The position numbers and the translations under genes were made by a program. Below, in pieces: positions 15,111 through 29,110 of a stretch of DNA of 64,000 bases (the stretch's first letter is position 1; each line of letters opens with the position of its first letter). This DNA comes from Eledone cirrhosa (taxonomy: Eukaryota), in assembly GCA_964016885.1 (NCBI GenBank), contig OZ024757.1:28210001-28274000 (forward strand), read 5' to 3'. The notes under the pieces are model-generated. The model searched no databases. It was not told where the DNA came from and saw only the letters and a program-made list of their open reading frames with translations.

Positions 15111-15532
15111 ACCAAAATCACCATCACATAGAACATTACCAACACCAACACCACCAACAACTAGACCACCAAAATCACCAACACAACTAACAACACCACC
15201 ACCATCACAAACATCACATAGAACACTACCTACATCAACATCAGCACTGCCACCAACAACACCACCACCACCAACAACACCAACACCACCTACAACAACA
15301 CCACCACCAAAATCACCATCACATAGAACATTTCCAACACCAACACCACCAACAACTAGACCACCAAAATCACCAACACAACTAACAACACCACCACCAT
15401 CACAAACATCACATAGAACACTACCTACATCAACATCAGCACTGCCACCAACAACACCACCACCACCAACAACATCAACACCACCTACAACAACACCACC
15501 ACCAAAATCACCATCACATAGAACATTTCCAA
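15111..15532. repeat. 195-bp tandem duplication in (CCA/CAA)-rich DNA
   Basis: accaaaatcaccatcacatagaacatt recurs at 15111, 15306 and 15501. Confidence 0.85.
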
Positions 15533-15791
15533 CAACAACAACAACAAGGACAAAATTAGCAGCAACAACCATGGCTGATCAATACATTGAGAAATACAAC
15601 TATAAAAATAAATAAATAATAAATTAATAAAATATTCTATAGAACAAAAAAGGTAACATATAAATAGATATTTTGTTCTTTTTATTGTATTTTTTTTACT
15701 TGTACTTTTTGTATTTTTCCGTTTTATTTTTTCTAAGAATTCTCTATTGGTGAGTGTGAAGCAATTTTTGGAAATAAGGGAACCCAGTTTT

Positions 15792-15858
15792 TCAGATGTC
15801 TGCTGTAACTTCTATGAAAGGTCTCTCATGTTCTTCATTAAATGGTGGAAATGAAGAT
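15792..15858 (-). CDS. Candidate terminal coding exon
   Basis: attattaCAG acceptor; reads (R)SSFPPFNEEHERPFIEVTADI-TGA; phase 2 matches exon 19969-20056; minus-strand AATAAA downstream near 15723 and 15681. Confidence 0.5.
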
Positions 15859-16292
15859 CTGTAATAATATATGTGGTGATGGCAACTGTGATGGGAGTGT
15901 TTGTGGTGATGGTTGCTGGTGTTGTTGTCGTTTGATGGTGTTGTTAGTGGTGGTGGCTGGTTGTAGTTGTTGGTGGTGTTTGTGGTAATGGTTGCTGGTG
16001 GTGGTGTTGTTGGTGGTTGTGGTTTGATGGTGTTGTTGTTATTACTGGCTGTTTGATGGTGGTGGGTGGTTGTAGTTGGTGGTTGTTGATGATGGTGGTG
16101 ATGGTTGTGGTTGTTGCATGATCATAGTGGTGGTTGGAAGCTGTTTGTGGTTGTTGGTTGTGATTAATGGTAGTAGTTGTTGTCGTTGTTGGTGGTGGTG
16201 GTTTCTAGTTGTTGTTGGTAGTTATTACATCCTCACAACTTCTAGACCTACCACCACCACCATCAGTGCAAACATGTAGAAAACAATACCAA

Positions 16293-16470
16293 AATAATTG
16301 TTTCTACTTTAGGCACAAGGCCAGCAATTACCCAGTGGTACTTTATTTTATCGACCCCGTAAGGATGAAAGGCAAAGTTAACCTCGGCGGGATTTGAACT
16401 CAGTCCATAAAGGGACGTAACTATGCTGCAATGCATGGCGTCCGACCCTCTACCGATACTGCCAATCCAC
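16293..16470 (-). mobile_element. SINE family B (tRNA-like head, Nin/Deu-like core)
   Basis: Reverse complement gagttcaaatcccgccgaggttaactttgcctttcatccttacggggtcgataaaataaagtacc; multiple near-identical copies in the window. Confidence 0.85.
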
Positions 16471-17365
16471 CACAATACCAAAATAATGGACTTGAAACAG
16501 TAAGATTAACTGTCTTTCCCTACCCCCAAGAAATCAACCACCACCACCACCACATCAGTAATTTCTCTGCCTTATTGCCAAATTAATAGAAAATTGTTTT
16601 CAGATATTTCTATATCTTCCATATTGCTTGTTTATTGTTTCAGTAAAACAATACTTCATCAGTATGTGACTGTGTGAGAAGGGACAAGCCCTCATTAATG
16701 TTTTCTCTGTCTTCTCTTTATTACCACACTTCTCTACATACTTTTGTTGAATGCACCGGCCATTTTAATGCCGTTATTGTTGTCATTGTTGTCATTGTCA
16801 CTGTTGCAGTTATTGATGTTGTTATTGTATTTGTTGGTGCTGCTACTGTTTTGATTGTTGTTGTTATTGTCATTGTTGTAGTTATTAATGATGTTGTTTG
16901 TTGTAATTATTGCTGTGGTTATGAACATTCTTGTTTTTACTATTGTAATTGTTGTTGTTGTAATTAGTTATAATTGATAATTGTCATTATTGTAGTTTTT
17001 AGTTGTGGTGTTGTTATTATTGTTGCAGTAATTGGTTGTAATAATTGTTGTGGTTGTTATTGTAATTGGTTATTGTTGTTGTAGTAGTAGTAGTTGTTTT
17101 TCTCGTTATTGTAATTAATGTTATTCTAGTTGTTGTTATTGTTTTTGTAGTTATTATTTAATTGTAATGTTGTTGTAGTTGTTGTCACTGCTGCTGTTAT
17201 TGGCAACCAATTTGATGCTTGAAAGGAATTACACAAAAATTGAGCTCTGTCGTCAGGGTTAAACATTTTCCTATTACCCACTCTACTACCCTAAGTATTG
17301 AGTACTCTGGTGCGTTATGGTCCATCTGGTTCCTTACCACACTTCCTTCTTTATATATATATATA

Positions 17366-17435
<70 letters not shown>

Positions 17436-17507
17436 TACTTATATACATACAATTGTGTGCGTGAATATATGTGTTTATATATATGTGTGTATATGTATAT
17501 ATATATA

Positions 17508-17560
<53 letters not shown>

Positions 17561-19172
17561 AACCCATGCTAGCGTGGAAAGTGGACGTTAAACGAGGATG
17601 ATGATATCTGTGCGTGTGTGTGTATACAGTATATATGTAGGAAAAAGTGGACCTAAAATGATGATGATATATAAATCTATGTGTTCACATACACTGACTC
17701 AATCGTACTCACACAAACATATGTATCATAACTTTTTTTTTTCTTTAGTATCAACTCCTTGATGTATTTTTTCTTTGCTTGTTTATATATTTTTTCTTCT
17801 ATATCCAGTTTATTTCTCAGCTGCTTTCCGTTTCCTTTGTACAACCATTAATCTGTCCGGATGACAATATAAAAAAGGAATATATATATATATATATATA
17901 TATATCTCGTGCCAGAGGTGTGTATGCATGCCTATGTATGTGTGTGTGTGTCTCTCTCTCTGTATGTATATATATGTTTATATATTATATATATATGTCT
18001 GTATGTGTTTGTGTGCATTTATATATAATATATACACACACATACAAATAAATATATATATATATATACACACACACACATATATATTTGTATGTATGTG
18101 TGTATATACATATACACACACACTCACACACACATATATATATATATTCACACATATATATTTAGAGAGAGAGCTGGATAGTGGACAACACATCTCATTC
18201 TTAAACTTGACTTAGAAACTCCCTCTACATTCCTGTGTATGGGTTTCTTTTCTTTCTCCCTCCTCACCACCATTTATCTCTGATGCCCTGCTAAATTTCC
18301 CACCCCCTATAGTGACCCTTTATCTTTATTTTTATCCTAATTTTACAATCCACTTCCACATTCTTTTACTTTCTTTTCATTATTTCCACTTTTTTTTTCA
18401 TTACTTTTTAACCTCTCTTTTCATCATTTTTACCTTTTCATCACTTTTATCTTTTTTTTTTATCCATTTTTTAATCTTCCTGTTCACCATTTCCATCTCT
18501 TTTACCTTTACGTGATTTTTTACTCTTTTTTCATTACATTTTTTACCTTTTTTTTTCTCACTTTCCTCTTCATTTTATCCTTTCTCTTTTCTCAATTTTT
18601 TTTTTATCATTTCATATTTTTTTCTGTTTTTATTTGCTTTTTTTTTTTTTTTTTGCTTTTATGTTTGATTATTTCTTTTTCCTGCATTTTTACTTTGATT
18701 TATTTTTAATATTATTATCCGAAATATTGTCCTTGCATTGTCCCTAACAGCATGAACCCTTGTGGCTAATAAAATAAATCATTATTTTTATCATTATTAT
18801 CATTCTTCTTCTTATTATTATTATTATTATTATTATTTATTTTATTTATTTATCTATTTTGTTTTTTATCGAAGATTTTGGATTGTTTTCATGCTAAGTC
18901 TAAACATATCAAAGGTTTATTTTCGGTAGACTTGTGGTTAAATTAGTGGTGATGGAGTCAAGAGGGAGATGAAATGGTGGTGATGGTGGGGATGGAGGGG
19001 GTTGAATGTGGAGAAAAGAGTTAACAAAATTTATAAAAAAAACTAACAAACAAAAAACAAATCTAACAAAAAATAAAGGAAGGAAGGAAGGAAATGTAAT
19101 TAATTAATGAGGAATTCTTTCTCTTAACCTCTCCATCTGATCTTTACCTTCTTCCTCCTTCAATATCAGTGA

Positions 19173-19290
19173 TGGCATGTGGCTTAGTGGTTAGGGTATT
19201 GAACTCACTATCATAAAGTCAAAGGTTCAATTGCTAAACCAGCTGATGTGTTGTATTCTTGAGCAAGACATTTCATTTTATGTTGTCTTT
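19173..19290 (+). mobile_element. Truncated SINE head (family A-like)
   Basis: tggcttagtggttagg...ggttcaattg...ttgagcaagacatttcatttt. Confidence 0.7.
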
Positions 19291-19559
19291 TCATTATATG
19301 ACTGGAGCCTCTATCATTGAAACACTCAAGAAACCTATGAGATGCAATCTTGTAGGAAGTCAGCTAAACCTCATAGGTGATAGAATAGTGGAGAAAGAGT
19401 TATGATTTCCTATGCATTTTACTGTAATATTTCTGATTTTGTACTATATCCTATGAATTTTCTCTAATAGCTTGTTTATTTATAACTATGGACTCAGTGA
19501 ATATAGAATAAAGTTCCTGGCATGCAGAACTCACTTGAACTCACTTAAGCTTATATATT

Positions 19560-19930
19560 TTTAGATGTGTGTCCCAACATAAAAGCACCTAGTTCACCCT
19601 GGCAGGTGGCCAAACTGGTGCCATGGCAAAAAAACACCCAGTCCAGCCTGTAAGGTGGCAGTGCTGGTACTACAAAAAAGCTCCCAGTCCACTCTGTAAA
19701 GTGGTAGTGATGATGCCATGAGAAAGGATCCAGGTTCATGCTGTAAGGTGACAGTAATGGTGCCTCGAAAAAGGATCCCAGTCCATGCTCTAAGATGGTC
19801 GACATTAGAAAGGACATCCAACCATAGAAAACCAAACTGAAACCAAAACATATGAACAAGATGTGGTCACCTAACCTGTCTAACATCATAACCTGATAGC
19901 ACATCTAACCTATGCAATGATGATGATGAA
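19560..19930 (+). mobile_element. Decayed SINE/RTE-like 3' region with internal subrepeats
   Basis: Repeated aaaacacccagt...ctgtaagg units and aaggacatccaaccatagaaaacc, ending in (gat)n; homologous to the 3' half of 11552-11905. Confidence 0.65.
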
Positions 19931-19968
19931 AAGTGGCAGTAATTTCAAAGCTTCAGCTGTATATTTAC

Positions 19969-20056
19969 CTCTTCTGAATGCAATTGGTGGCTTGGTCATC
20001 ATTTTCTATAAGCATGGCTCTCACAAACAGGTGAGCCAGAAGAGGTGAATTTACAG
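19969..20056 (-). CDS. Candidate internal coding exon
   Basis: aattttAG acceptor and AG|GTAAAT donor; only one open frame, (x)VNSPLLAHLFVRAMLIENDDQATNCIQK(R); phase 1 in, phase 2 out, joining in frame to 15858. Confidence 0.5.
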
Positions 20057-20117
20057 CTAAAATTTCAAGACATGATTGCTTCTTTGTTTAGTTACTTTTT
20101 TATTATTGCTTTTTAGT

Positions 20118-20263
20118 TTCCAGCATAGTTATGTCCCTTTACAGTCTGAGTTCAAATCCCGCTGAGGTTGACTTTACCTTTCATCCTTACGGGGTTGATA
20201 AAATAAAGTACTAGTAATGCACTGGGTAATTGCTGGCCTTGTGCCTAAAGTAGAAACAATTAT
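20118..20263 (+). mobile_element. SINE family B
   Basis: gagttcaaatcccgctgaggttgactttacctttcatccttacggggttgataaaataaagtac...gtgcctaaagtagaaacaattatt. Confidence 0.85.
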
Positions 20264-20409
20264 TGCTTCTTTGTTTAAAAAATATAATATTTACTCTGCT
20301 GTATGTATTGAATGCTTATTCTCGTAAAGTTTGACTGTGTCTCTGTATGGTTATGGTTATACATAAAACACAACTATCAATATATATACATGCATATATA
20401 TATATATAT

Positions 20410-20446
<37 letters not shown>

Positions 20447-20477
20447 CATATATAAAACCAAATATATATATATAGAC

Positions 20478-20515
<38 letters not shown>

Positions 20516-21671
20516 GTACACATATACATACACATATACAAACACATATATATGTATATGTGTGTGCACGTGAATACATACAGACACACTAGTGTCCAAT
20601 ATAAAACAGTGTCTAAACCTCATTTTATAAAACAACTGGGAATTCCTTAAATAAACAAAATGTATATATTTGTATGGCTATGTATGTATGTGTGTGTGTG
20701 TGTATGTATGCATATATATATATATATATGTATGTGTAGTATATGTAATACACCCACACCACAACTCACTCACTAAACCACCCTAATGTACACCATACCC
20801 ACCACAACACATTTCCTAAACCTCACAAACAATAATTAGAAGGGTTTTATAGTTGTTTTTTACGTGTCTTATTTGTTATTTTTTAAATATTTTTTTCTCT
20901 TATTTATATATTTATAAGATTTTTTTTCTTTTTCATGTATTTTCCCTTTGTTTTCCCCCTTGGATACATCTGACAATTTCAAAAGTTATTTCTTCGTGTT
21001 TGTTGTTGTAGTTGTTGCTGTTATAGTTATTGTTGTGGCTGTAGTTGTTGTAGTAGTTGTTACTGTTGTGGTTGTTGCTGTTGTTTTAGTTGTTTTAGTT
21101 GTTGCTGTAGTTGTTACTGTTGTGATTGTTGCTGCTGTTGTTGTAGTTGTTGCTATTGTTTTAGTTGTTGTAGTAGTTGTGACTGTAGTTGTTACTGCTG
21201 TAGTTGTTGATGTTTTAGTTGTTGTTGTAGTTGTGACTGTAGTTGTAGTTGTTACTGTTGTAGTTGCTGCTGCTGTTGTAGTCGTTGCTATTGTTTTAGT
21301 TGTTGTAGTTGTTACTGTTGTTGTTGTAGCTATTGTTTTAGTTGTTGTAGTTGTGGGCGTAGTTGTAGTTGTTACTGTTGTTGTAGCTATTGTTTTAGTT
21401 GTTGCTGTTACTGTTGATGTAGTTTTTGTTGTTTTCATTGGTGTTTTTGCTGTTGTTGTTTATAGATCTTTTATTTTAGAATAAGAGAATCATGAGCGTG
21501 GTGGTGTGGGTGAAGTGGCGAGTTGTTGGTGACAGTACTGGTGACGGTGGTGGTGGTGATAAGAGGGGCTGGAGAGAGAATAAGAGTGGCGAAAGATGAA
21601 TGTGTATCAGTGTGTGTGCGTGAAGGAAATGCGGGAGAGATGGAATATTTTAATGTTTTCATATCCCAAAA

Positions 21672-23845
21672 CATCAACAATATCAACAACCATATCAACT
21701 ACAATAACAACAACCATATCAACTACAATATCAACAACCATATCAACTACAATATCAACTACAATAACAACTACAATATCAACTACCATATCAACTACAA
21801 TATCAACTACAATAACAACTACCATATCAACTACAATATCAACAACCATATCAACTACAATAACAACTACAATATCAACTATAATATCAACAACCATATC
21901 AACTACAATATCAACTACAATATCAACAACCATATCAACTACAATATCAACTACAATATCAACAACCATATCAACTACAATATCAACTACAATATCAACT
22001 ATAATATCAACAACCATATCAACTACAATATCAACTACAATATCAACAAGCATATCAACTACAATATCAACTACAATATCAACAACCATATCAACTACAA
22101 TATCAACTACAATATCAACTACCATATCAACTACAATATCAACAACCATATCAACTACAATATCAACAACCATATCAACTACAATATCAACTACAATATC
22201 AACTACAATATCAACAACCATATCAACTACAATATCAACTACAATATCAACTACCATATCAACAACCATATCAACAACCATATCAACTACAATATCAACA
22301 ACCATATCAACTACAATATCAACAACCATATCAACTACAATAACAACTACCATATCAACTACAATATCAACTACAATAACAACTACAATATCAACTATAA
22401 TATCAACAACCATATCAACTACAATAACAACGACCATATCAACAACCATATCAACTACAATATCAACTACAATATCAACAACCATATCAACAACCATATC
22501 AACAACCATATCAACAACCATATCAACTACAATATCAACAACCATATCAACTACAATAACAACTACCATATCAACTACAATATCAACTACAATAACAACT
22601 ACAATATCAACAACCATATCAACTACAATAACAACTACCATATCAACTATAATATCAACTACAATAACAACTACAATATCAACTATAATATCAACAACCA
22701 TATCAATTACAATATCAACAACCATATCAACTACCATATCAACAACCATATCAACTACAATAACAACTACCATATCAACTACAATAACAACTACAATATC
22801 AACAACCATATCAACTACAATAACAACAACCATATCAACTACAATATCAACTACAATAACAACTACAATATCAACTATAATATCAACAACCATATCAATT
22901 ACAATATCAACAACCATATCAACTACCATATCAACAACCATATCAACTACAATATCAACAACCATATCAACTACAATATCAACTACAATATCAACAACCA
23001 TATCAACAACCATATCAACTACAATAACAACTACCATATCAACTACAATATCAACTACAATAACAACTACAATATCAACAACCATATCAACTACAATAAC
23101 AACTACAATATCAACTACAATAACAACTACAATATCAACAACCATATCAACTACAATAACAACGACCATATCAACTACAATAACAACTACAATATCAACT
23201 ATAATATCAACAACCATATCAATTACAATATCAACAACCATATCAACTACCATATCAACAACCATATCAACTACAATATCAACTACAATAACAACTACAA
23301 TATCAACAACCATATCAACTACAATATCAACTACAATATCAACAACAATATCAACAACCATATCAACTACAATATCAACAACCATATCAACTACCATATC
23401 AACTACCATATCAACTACAATATCAACAACCATATCAACTACAATATCAACAACCATATCAACTACAATATCAACTACAATAACAACTACCATATCAACT
23501 ACAATATCAACAACCATATCAACTACAATATCAACTACAATATCAACTACCATATCAACAACAATATCAACAACCATATCAACTACCATATCAACTACAA
23601 TATCAACAACCATATCAACTACAATATCAACAACCATATCAACTACAATATCAACTACAATAACAACTACCATATCAACTACAATATCAACAACCATATC
23701 AACTACAATATCAACAACCATATCAACTACAATATCAACAAACATATCAATTACAATAACAACTACCATATCAACTACCATATCAACTACAATATCAACA
23801 ACCATAACAACTACAATATCAACAACTATAACAACTACAATATCT
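21672..23845. repeat. 12-bp minisatellite, about 180 copies
   Basis: Unit aac[t/a]a[c/t][a/c]ata[t/a]c in strict 12-nt register. Confidence 0.97.
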
Positions 23846-24164
23846 TCAATATCAAGACAATATCAACATCAGTAACAGCTATTATATCATGAACCATAAC
23901 AACAACAATATCAATAACAACTGCAATAACAACCACAACAATATCAACTAATACAATATTAATGACATCGACAACCATAACAAAACCACCATCACCAATG
24001 ACTTTAACATCAACAACAACAGCTACTAACATTGCCATCAACAACAACACTGCAAAAAATACATAACAACAACAACAACATTATCAGCATAATTCTAACA
24101 AATTGTCAAATGTGATGAGTTCCTGTGTGTTTGAAATATAGTGACTTTATGTGTATGTGTGTAT

Positions 24165-24442
24165 GTGTGTGGTGAGAAATATGTTGACTGTGTGTGTGTG
24201 GTGAGAAATATGTTGACTGTGTGTGTGTGTGAGTGTGTGATGAGAAACATGTTGACTGTGTGTGTGTGGTGAGAAATATGTTGACTGTGTGTCTGTGTGT
24301 GGTGAGAAATATGTTGACTGTGTGTGTGTGTGATGAGAAATATGTTGAGTGCGCCTGTGTGTGTGTGGTGAGAAATATGTTGACTGTGTGTGTGTGTGGT
24401 GAGAAATATGTTGACTGTGTGTGTGTGTGTGGTGAGAAATAT
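24165..24442. repeat. About 27-33 bp tandem repeat with variable (GT)n
   Basis: gtggtgagaaatatgttgactgtgtgt repeated about 9 times. Confidence 0.9.
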
Positions 24443-25772
24443 AGGGACTTTTTGAGTATTTGTGATGATGATAATGATGATGTTGGTAGTGATGATGATT
24501 ATAATAGAGAAGATGATGGTAATAGTGATGATGAAATGATGATGATGGTGATATTGGTCATGGAGGTGAGGATGAAGGTGATGATGATGATGGTGGTGGT
24601 GGTGATAATGATAGCAATGTTGATTTTATAGTGATTAAGATGGTGGTATTGGTGGTGGTATTGGTGGTGGTGGTGATCAGTGGTAAGAATTATTGAAAGT
24701 AATTCTTGTTTGGGCTGGGCAGCAGGTGGGGGGGGGGGCTCTTTTTGTTCTCTGTGGAGGAATAACTTACAGAGTTATTTATCACATTTTGATAGCTTAA
24801 TAATATGGTAGTGGTGGTGGTGTGGTTAGGTTGTGGTTATGGTGGTGGTAGTTGAGTTGTGGTTGAAGTAATGGTGTTCTTGGTGGTGGTGGTTGTTGGG
24901 GTGCCTAGTTGAGATGATGGTGTTGGCAGTGGTGACAGTGGTGGTGGCGGTGGTGGTTGGGGTGCCTAGTTGAGATGATGGTGTTCGCAGTAGTCATAGT
25001 GGTAGTGCTTAAGTTTGGAGTGGTGGTGGTGGTTGAGTTTGGGAGTGGCAGTAAGGATGAATGATGGTGAACATCATAATAATGATGACATCTACAGCAG
25101 TGATGATGATGGTTGCCATAATGTGTAACGGTGATGATGTATAACGAAAACCTTGACAATCATGAAGATTGTGATGGTTTGAGCCATGCTGATGATTATG
25201 ATGATGATGAAGGGTCATGTGACCACCACGAAAACCATTACCCCAACCTCCATCACCACCATCACAACTGCTGCCACCACAACAACTATCACCACCACAA
25301 CCACAAGCAATATTGCCACTACAACCACCATCACCACCACTACAACCACAATCACCACCCTACAACCACCAGTACCACCACAACCACCACAACCACAACC
25401 ACCACAATCACAACCACCAGTACAACCACAACCACCAGTACCACCACCTCTACAACCTCCATCACCACCACCACCACCACGTTCCACAAAGAACATTAAA
25501 ACCAACATATACAGCAGCACCCTGGGATTGAAATGTAATTTGATTCATAACAATGTCCCATATATTCTATGTGCTCCCTGTACTTTTTGTTTTAATTTAT
25601 TTGATTTATTCTGTGTTGTTGTTTTATCTTTGATGAATTGATGAGGACAAGGATGAGGTAGAAAAGGATGTTGCTGTTGTTGTTGATACGGTGGTTGTTG
25701 TTGTCATCGTTGGCACTTTTTCAAGCTATATGTAATTACCAACGAAAGGCCAGTTAGTAATTTAACATCCAA

Positions 25773-25821
<49 letters not shown>

Positions 25822-26299
25822 AACATCCAGTTTATTCATATATATATATATAGTTTTAAAAAGGGTATTTATTTGGTAAACATTATTTACATTTTTAAAA
25901 AATGTTAAAGAAGATATTTTTAAAGTAAATGTGTCTGCCAAATAAATACCCCTTTAAAAATATAAATAAATGTATTTTAAGAACATTTTTTTCCCCATTA
26001 TTTCCTTAACAAACTTACACCTTTGTTATTTTTATCTATATTTATTAACTTTTTTAAAGAATTAACTTGTGAAACAAATCCCCCTTCCCGTTAAAACTAT
26101 AAATACAATTTTTTTTATCGTTCTTTTTTCTCCTTAAGCCTATAAATAAATGTCTTTAAGGAATTTTTTCATAATGTTTTCATGAAGTATGTATTTGATC
26201 TTTTGAGTTTTTTGTTTTTCAAACTGTGTTCTCACTTTTTAATATTTTAAAGTTTTGTATTATTGTGTTAGGGATTGTCATTTTCTGCCTTATGTCACA

Positions 26300-26916
26300 A
26301 ATCCAGGATGAAAGGCAAAGTTGACTTTGGTGGGATTTGAACTCAGAATGTAAAGAGAATACTGCAAAGCATTTAATTAGAAAATAAAATAATTGTTTTT
26401 TCTTTTGGCACAAGGCCAGCAATAACCCAGTACATTACTGGTACATTATTTTATCGACCCCTGTAAAGATGAAAGGCAAAGTTAACCTCAACGGGATTTG
26501 AACTCAGACCATAAAGGGACGTAACTATGCTGGAAAGTATGGCGTCCGATCATCCACCGAAACTGCAGGCACAAGACCAACGATTTGACGGGAGAGAATA
26601 TCGATTACATCAACTCCACTTTATGACTGGTACTTTATTTTATCAACTCTGGAAGGATGAAATGTAAATATGACACTGGCAGGATTTAAATTCAGAATGT
26701 AAAGGGCTGTAACTAAATGCTCTAATAGAAGACAAAATAATTGTTTCTACTTTAGGCACAAGGCCAGCAATTACCCAGTGCATTACTGGTACTTTATTTT
26801 ATCGACCCCGTAAGGATGAAAGGCAAAGTCAACCTCGGCGGGATTTGAACTCAGATCGTAAAGGGACGTAACTATGCTGGAAAGCATGGCGTCCGACCCT
26901 CTACTGATACTGCCAA
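26300..26916 (-). mobile_element. Cluster of four co-oriented family B SINE copies or fragments
   Basis: gatgaaaggcaaagt...ggatttgaactcaga core near 26307, 26470, 26656 and 26815. Confidence 0.85.
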
Positions 26917-27563
26917 AAGAGAAGAAAGCAGCACTCATGTGAATGCTTCTGGTCTCTTGATGCTTTGCATTTATTTAAGCTAGTGGTGATGGTAGAATAT
27001 ATGATAGCCTCTGGACTTGTCAGGCTTTAATTTGTACAATATATTCTACAAATCACTAGGCTGTATTTGCAGCTTTGCCAATATGCTTACTTAATTAACG
27101 AACATGAGCGGTGTTTAATTAGCAAGTATCTGTGAACTGACACAAGTGTTAAAAGAAGTAATGAATTAGTTATCTATATACTGGTGTGTGTGGGGGGGGG
27201 GGGGGTCTGTGTATAGCTAACAACTACTTGAATCATGGATAGCTCCCTTCAGTGTCTTCCTTTCATGGACACACAGACACAATATTATGTAAATTTTCTG
27301 CTGTAACATTCCTCTTACATTGCTGAGGTGAGAGAATGTGAAACAGCAGCATTTATTAACGTAATTGGGACTTCATTATCCAGTATGTTCTTCCTCTTTT
27401 AAGATGGTAGGGTGTGATTTGTGGAAGATCTGGCTGCTATCTCTAGCCTGATTGAAGAGTTGCATAGAGGCTTCTTTCTTAGTTCACATTCCTATTAGTA
27501 GAAATATCTGGTAGGAAAGAATTTACCACATCAAAATGTAGTGTTCTTATTTACTGAGGAGTT

Positions 27564-27783
27564 TTAACCCTTTTGATACCAAGCTGCCCCTGTTTCTATT
27601 ATACAGAACTGTTTATTTTAAATCTTCCATCATAATTTCATGTAAGAACCTTTATGTTCCAAACATCAGCTTAATAATAAGAAAGTTAGTATTACTAAAT
27701 CTCTCCAAATTCTTGATTATTTTCAAAATCATTTGGAAATTATTGACAGTCTTTCATTGGAAATATTGTAATGAAACGGTTAA
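27564..27783. mobile_element. TTAA-flanked MITE (piggyBac-like ends)
   Basis: TTAA|CCCTTTTGATAC ... GTAATGAAACGG|TTAA; related ends near 432, 52161, 55264 and inverted at about 54025-54043. Confidence 0.65.
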
Positions 27784-28699
27784 AAGAATAGAAGAGTAGG
27801 AACGAAGACAAGACTGCAATAGTTAAAAGTTAAAAACTACAACCATGACTTGGTGGTATGTAGCATGCTTTTGTTTAAAGTTTTAAACACTCATGTAGTC
27901 ATGAGCAGACACCAACACTCTCATGACCACACCCTCCTTTGATCAGGTAAAATATCCAGGATTTAATAGCTGGGAGGAAAGAGGGCTGCACAGCACTGTT
28001 GATACTTTCTTTATTGACCTCAAAAGGATGAAAAGCAAAGGGAAGCTCAGCCAACACCAACACCCTTTTGACCCTCCTTCCCTTGAACCAGCTAAACACC
28101 GAGGAAAGAGGGCCGCACCAGCACTAGCCTGATGCATTCTTTACCAATTCTGAAAAGATAAAAGGCAATGAGGTCTTAAGTGTGATTTGAACTCGGAAAG
28201 CAGAGACCCAGAATATATATCCAACAGTCTAACGACTTTACCAAATTGACCACTGTAGCTGAAAGATAACCGATTAAAAGGGGTTGGTGACCTTGTTTTG
28301 TTGAAATAAGTCATGATTTTCACCTATATCATAAACAGTGCAGTAAAGTGCAGATTCTGATGTGAGTGTGGGCCACTAGCTGACCAGCATATTTCTTCCT
28401 TCTCTTTCATTGTCTGTCAGTTTCTGGACAAGGTGGACAGTGGGAGGAGGTTGTGGAAAGTCAAATGGAATATAGAATTACATCATTAAAGTATGGCTTA
28501 ATTATTTGGCTGTATCAAATGTCAGGTTGTCTCCTCCTCTCCCCTAACCACCTCCTGGCAGACCAGACAGGCAGACATCACACCCCCACTTCTATTAACA
28601 CCACCACTACCACTATCATAACCCCTCCGCCACCCTCTTTGTCATCCTTGTTGTCGATTTTTATACTGAGCCACACCAAAACCCTTTCATGTACAATAG

Positions 28700-29110
28700 A
28701 AATACGACAGGAAGATAACTGGAAAATAAACAGAAATACAACAGGAAGACAGAAATATAACAGAAAATAAACAGATATACAAACAGGAAGACAGAAATAT
28801 AATAGAAAATAAACAGATATACAAACAAGAAGACAGAAATATAATAGAAAATAAACAGATATACAATGGGAAGATAAATACAACAGAAAATAAACAGTTA
28901 TATAACTGAAAAAAAAACAGAAACACATTAGAAAAATAATAGGAATATAAGCAGGTAATATCACAGGAAGATAAACAGAAATAGAACAGGAAGATAAAGA
29001 GTAAATAAACAGAAATATGACAAAATAAACATAATTAGAACAGGAAAATAAACAGAACTATGACAAAATAAACAGAATTACTACAGAAATAGAACAGGAA
29101 GATAAAGAGA
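28700..29110. repeat. About 42-bp A-rich tandem repeat, decaying
   Basis: acaggaagacagaaatataacagaaaataaacagatatacaa units. Confidence 0.8.

Noticed and set aside
16644-16661. Possible 18-nt plus-strand micro-exon
   Set aside because: Too short to distinguish from chance.
21523-23892. ORFs of 732-789 aa (N/I/Y/H-rich, mucin-like TTIS, VVDI)
   Set aside because: Open on both strands only because the 12-bp unit lacks stops in those frames; no signal peptide or unique domain.
24165-24442. Repeat-spacer appearance
   Set aside because: The spacers are only variable (GT)n.
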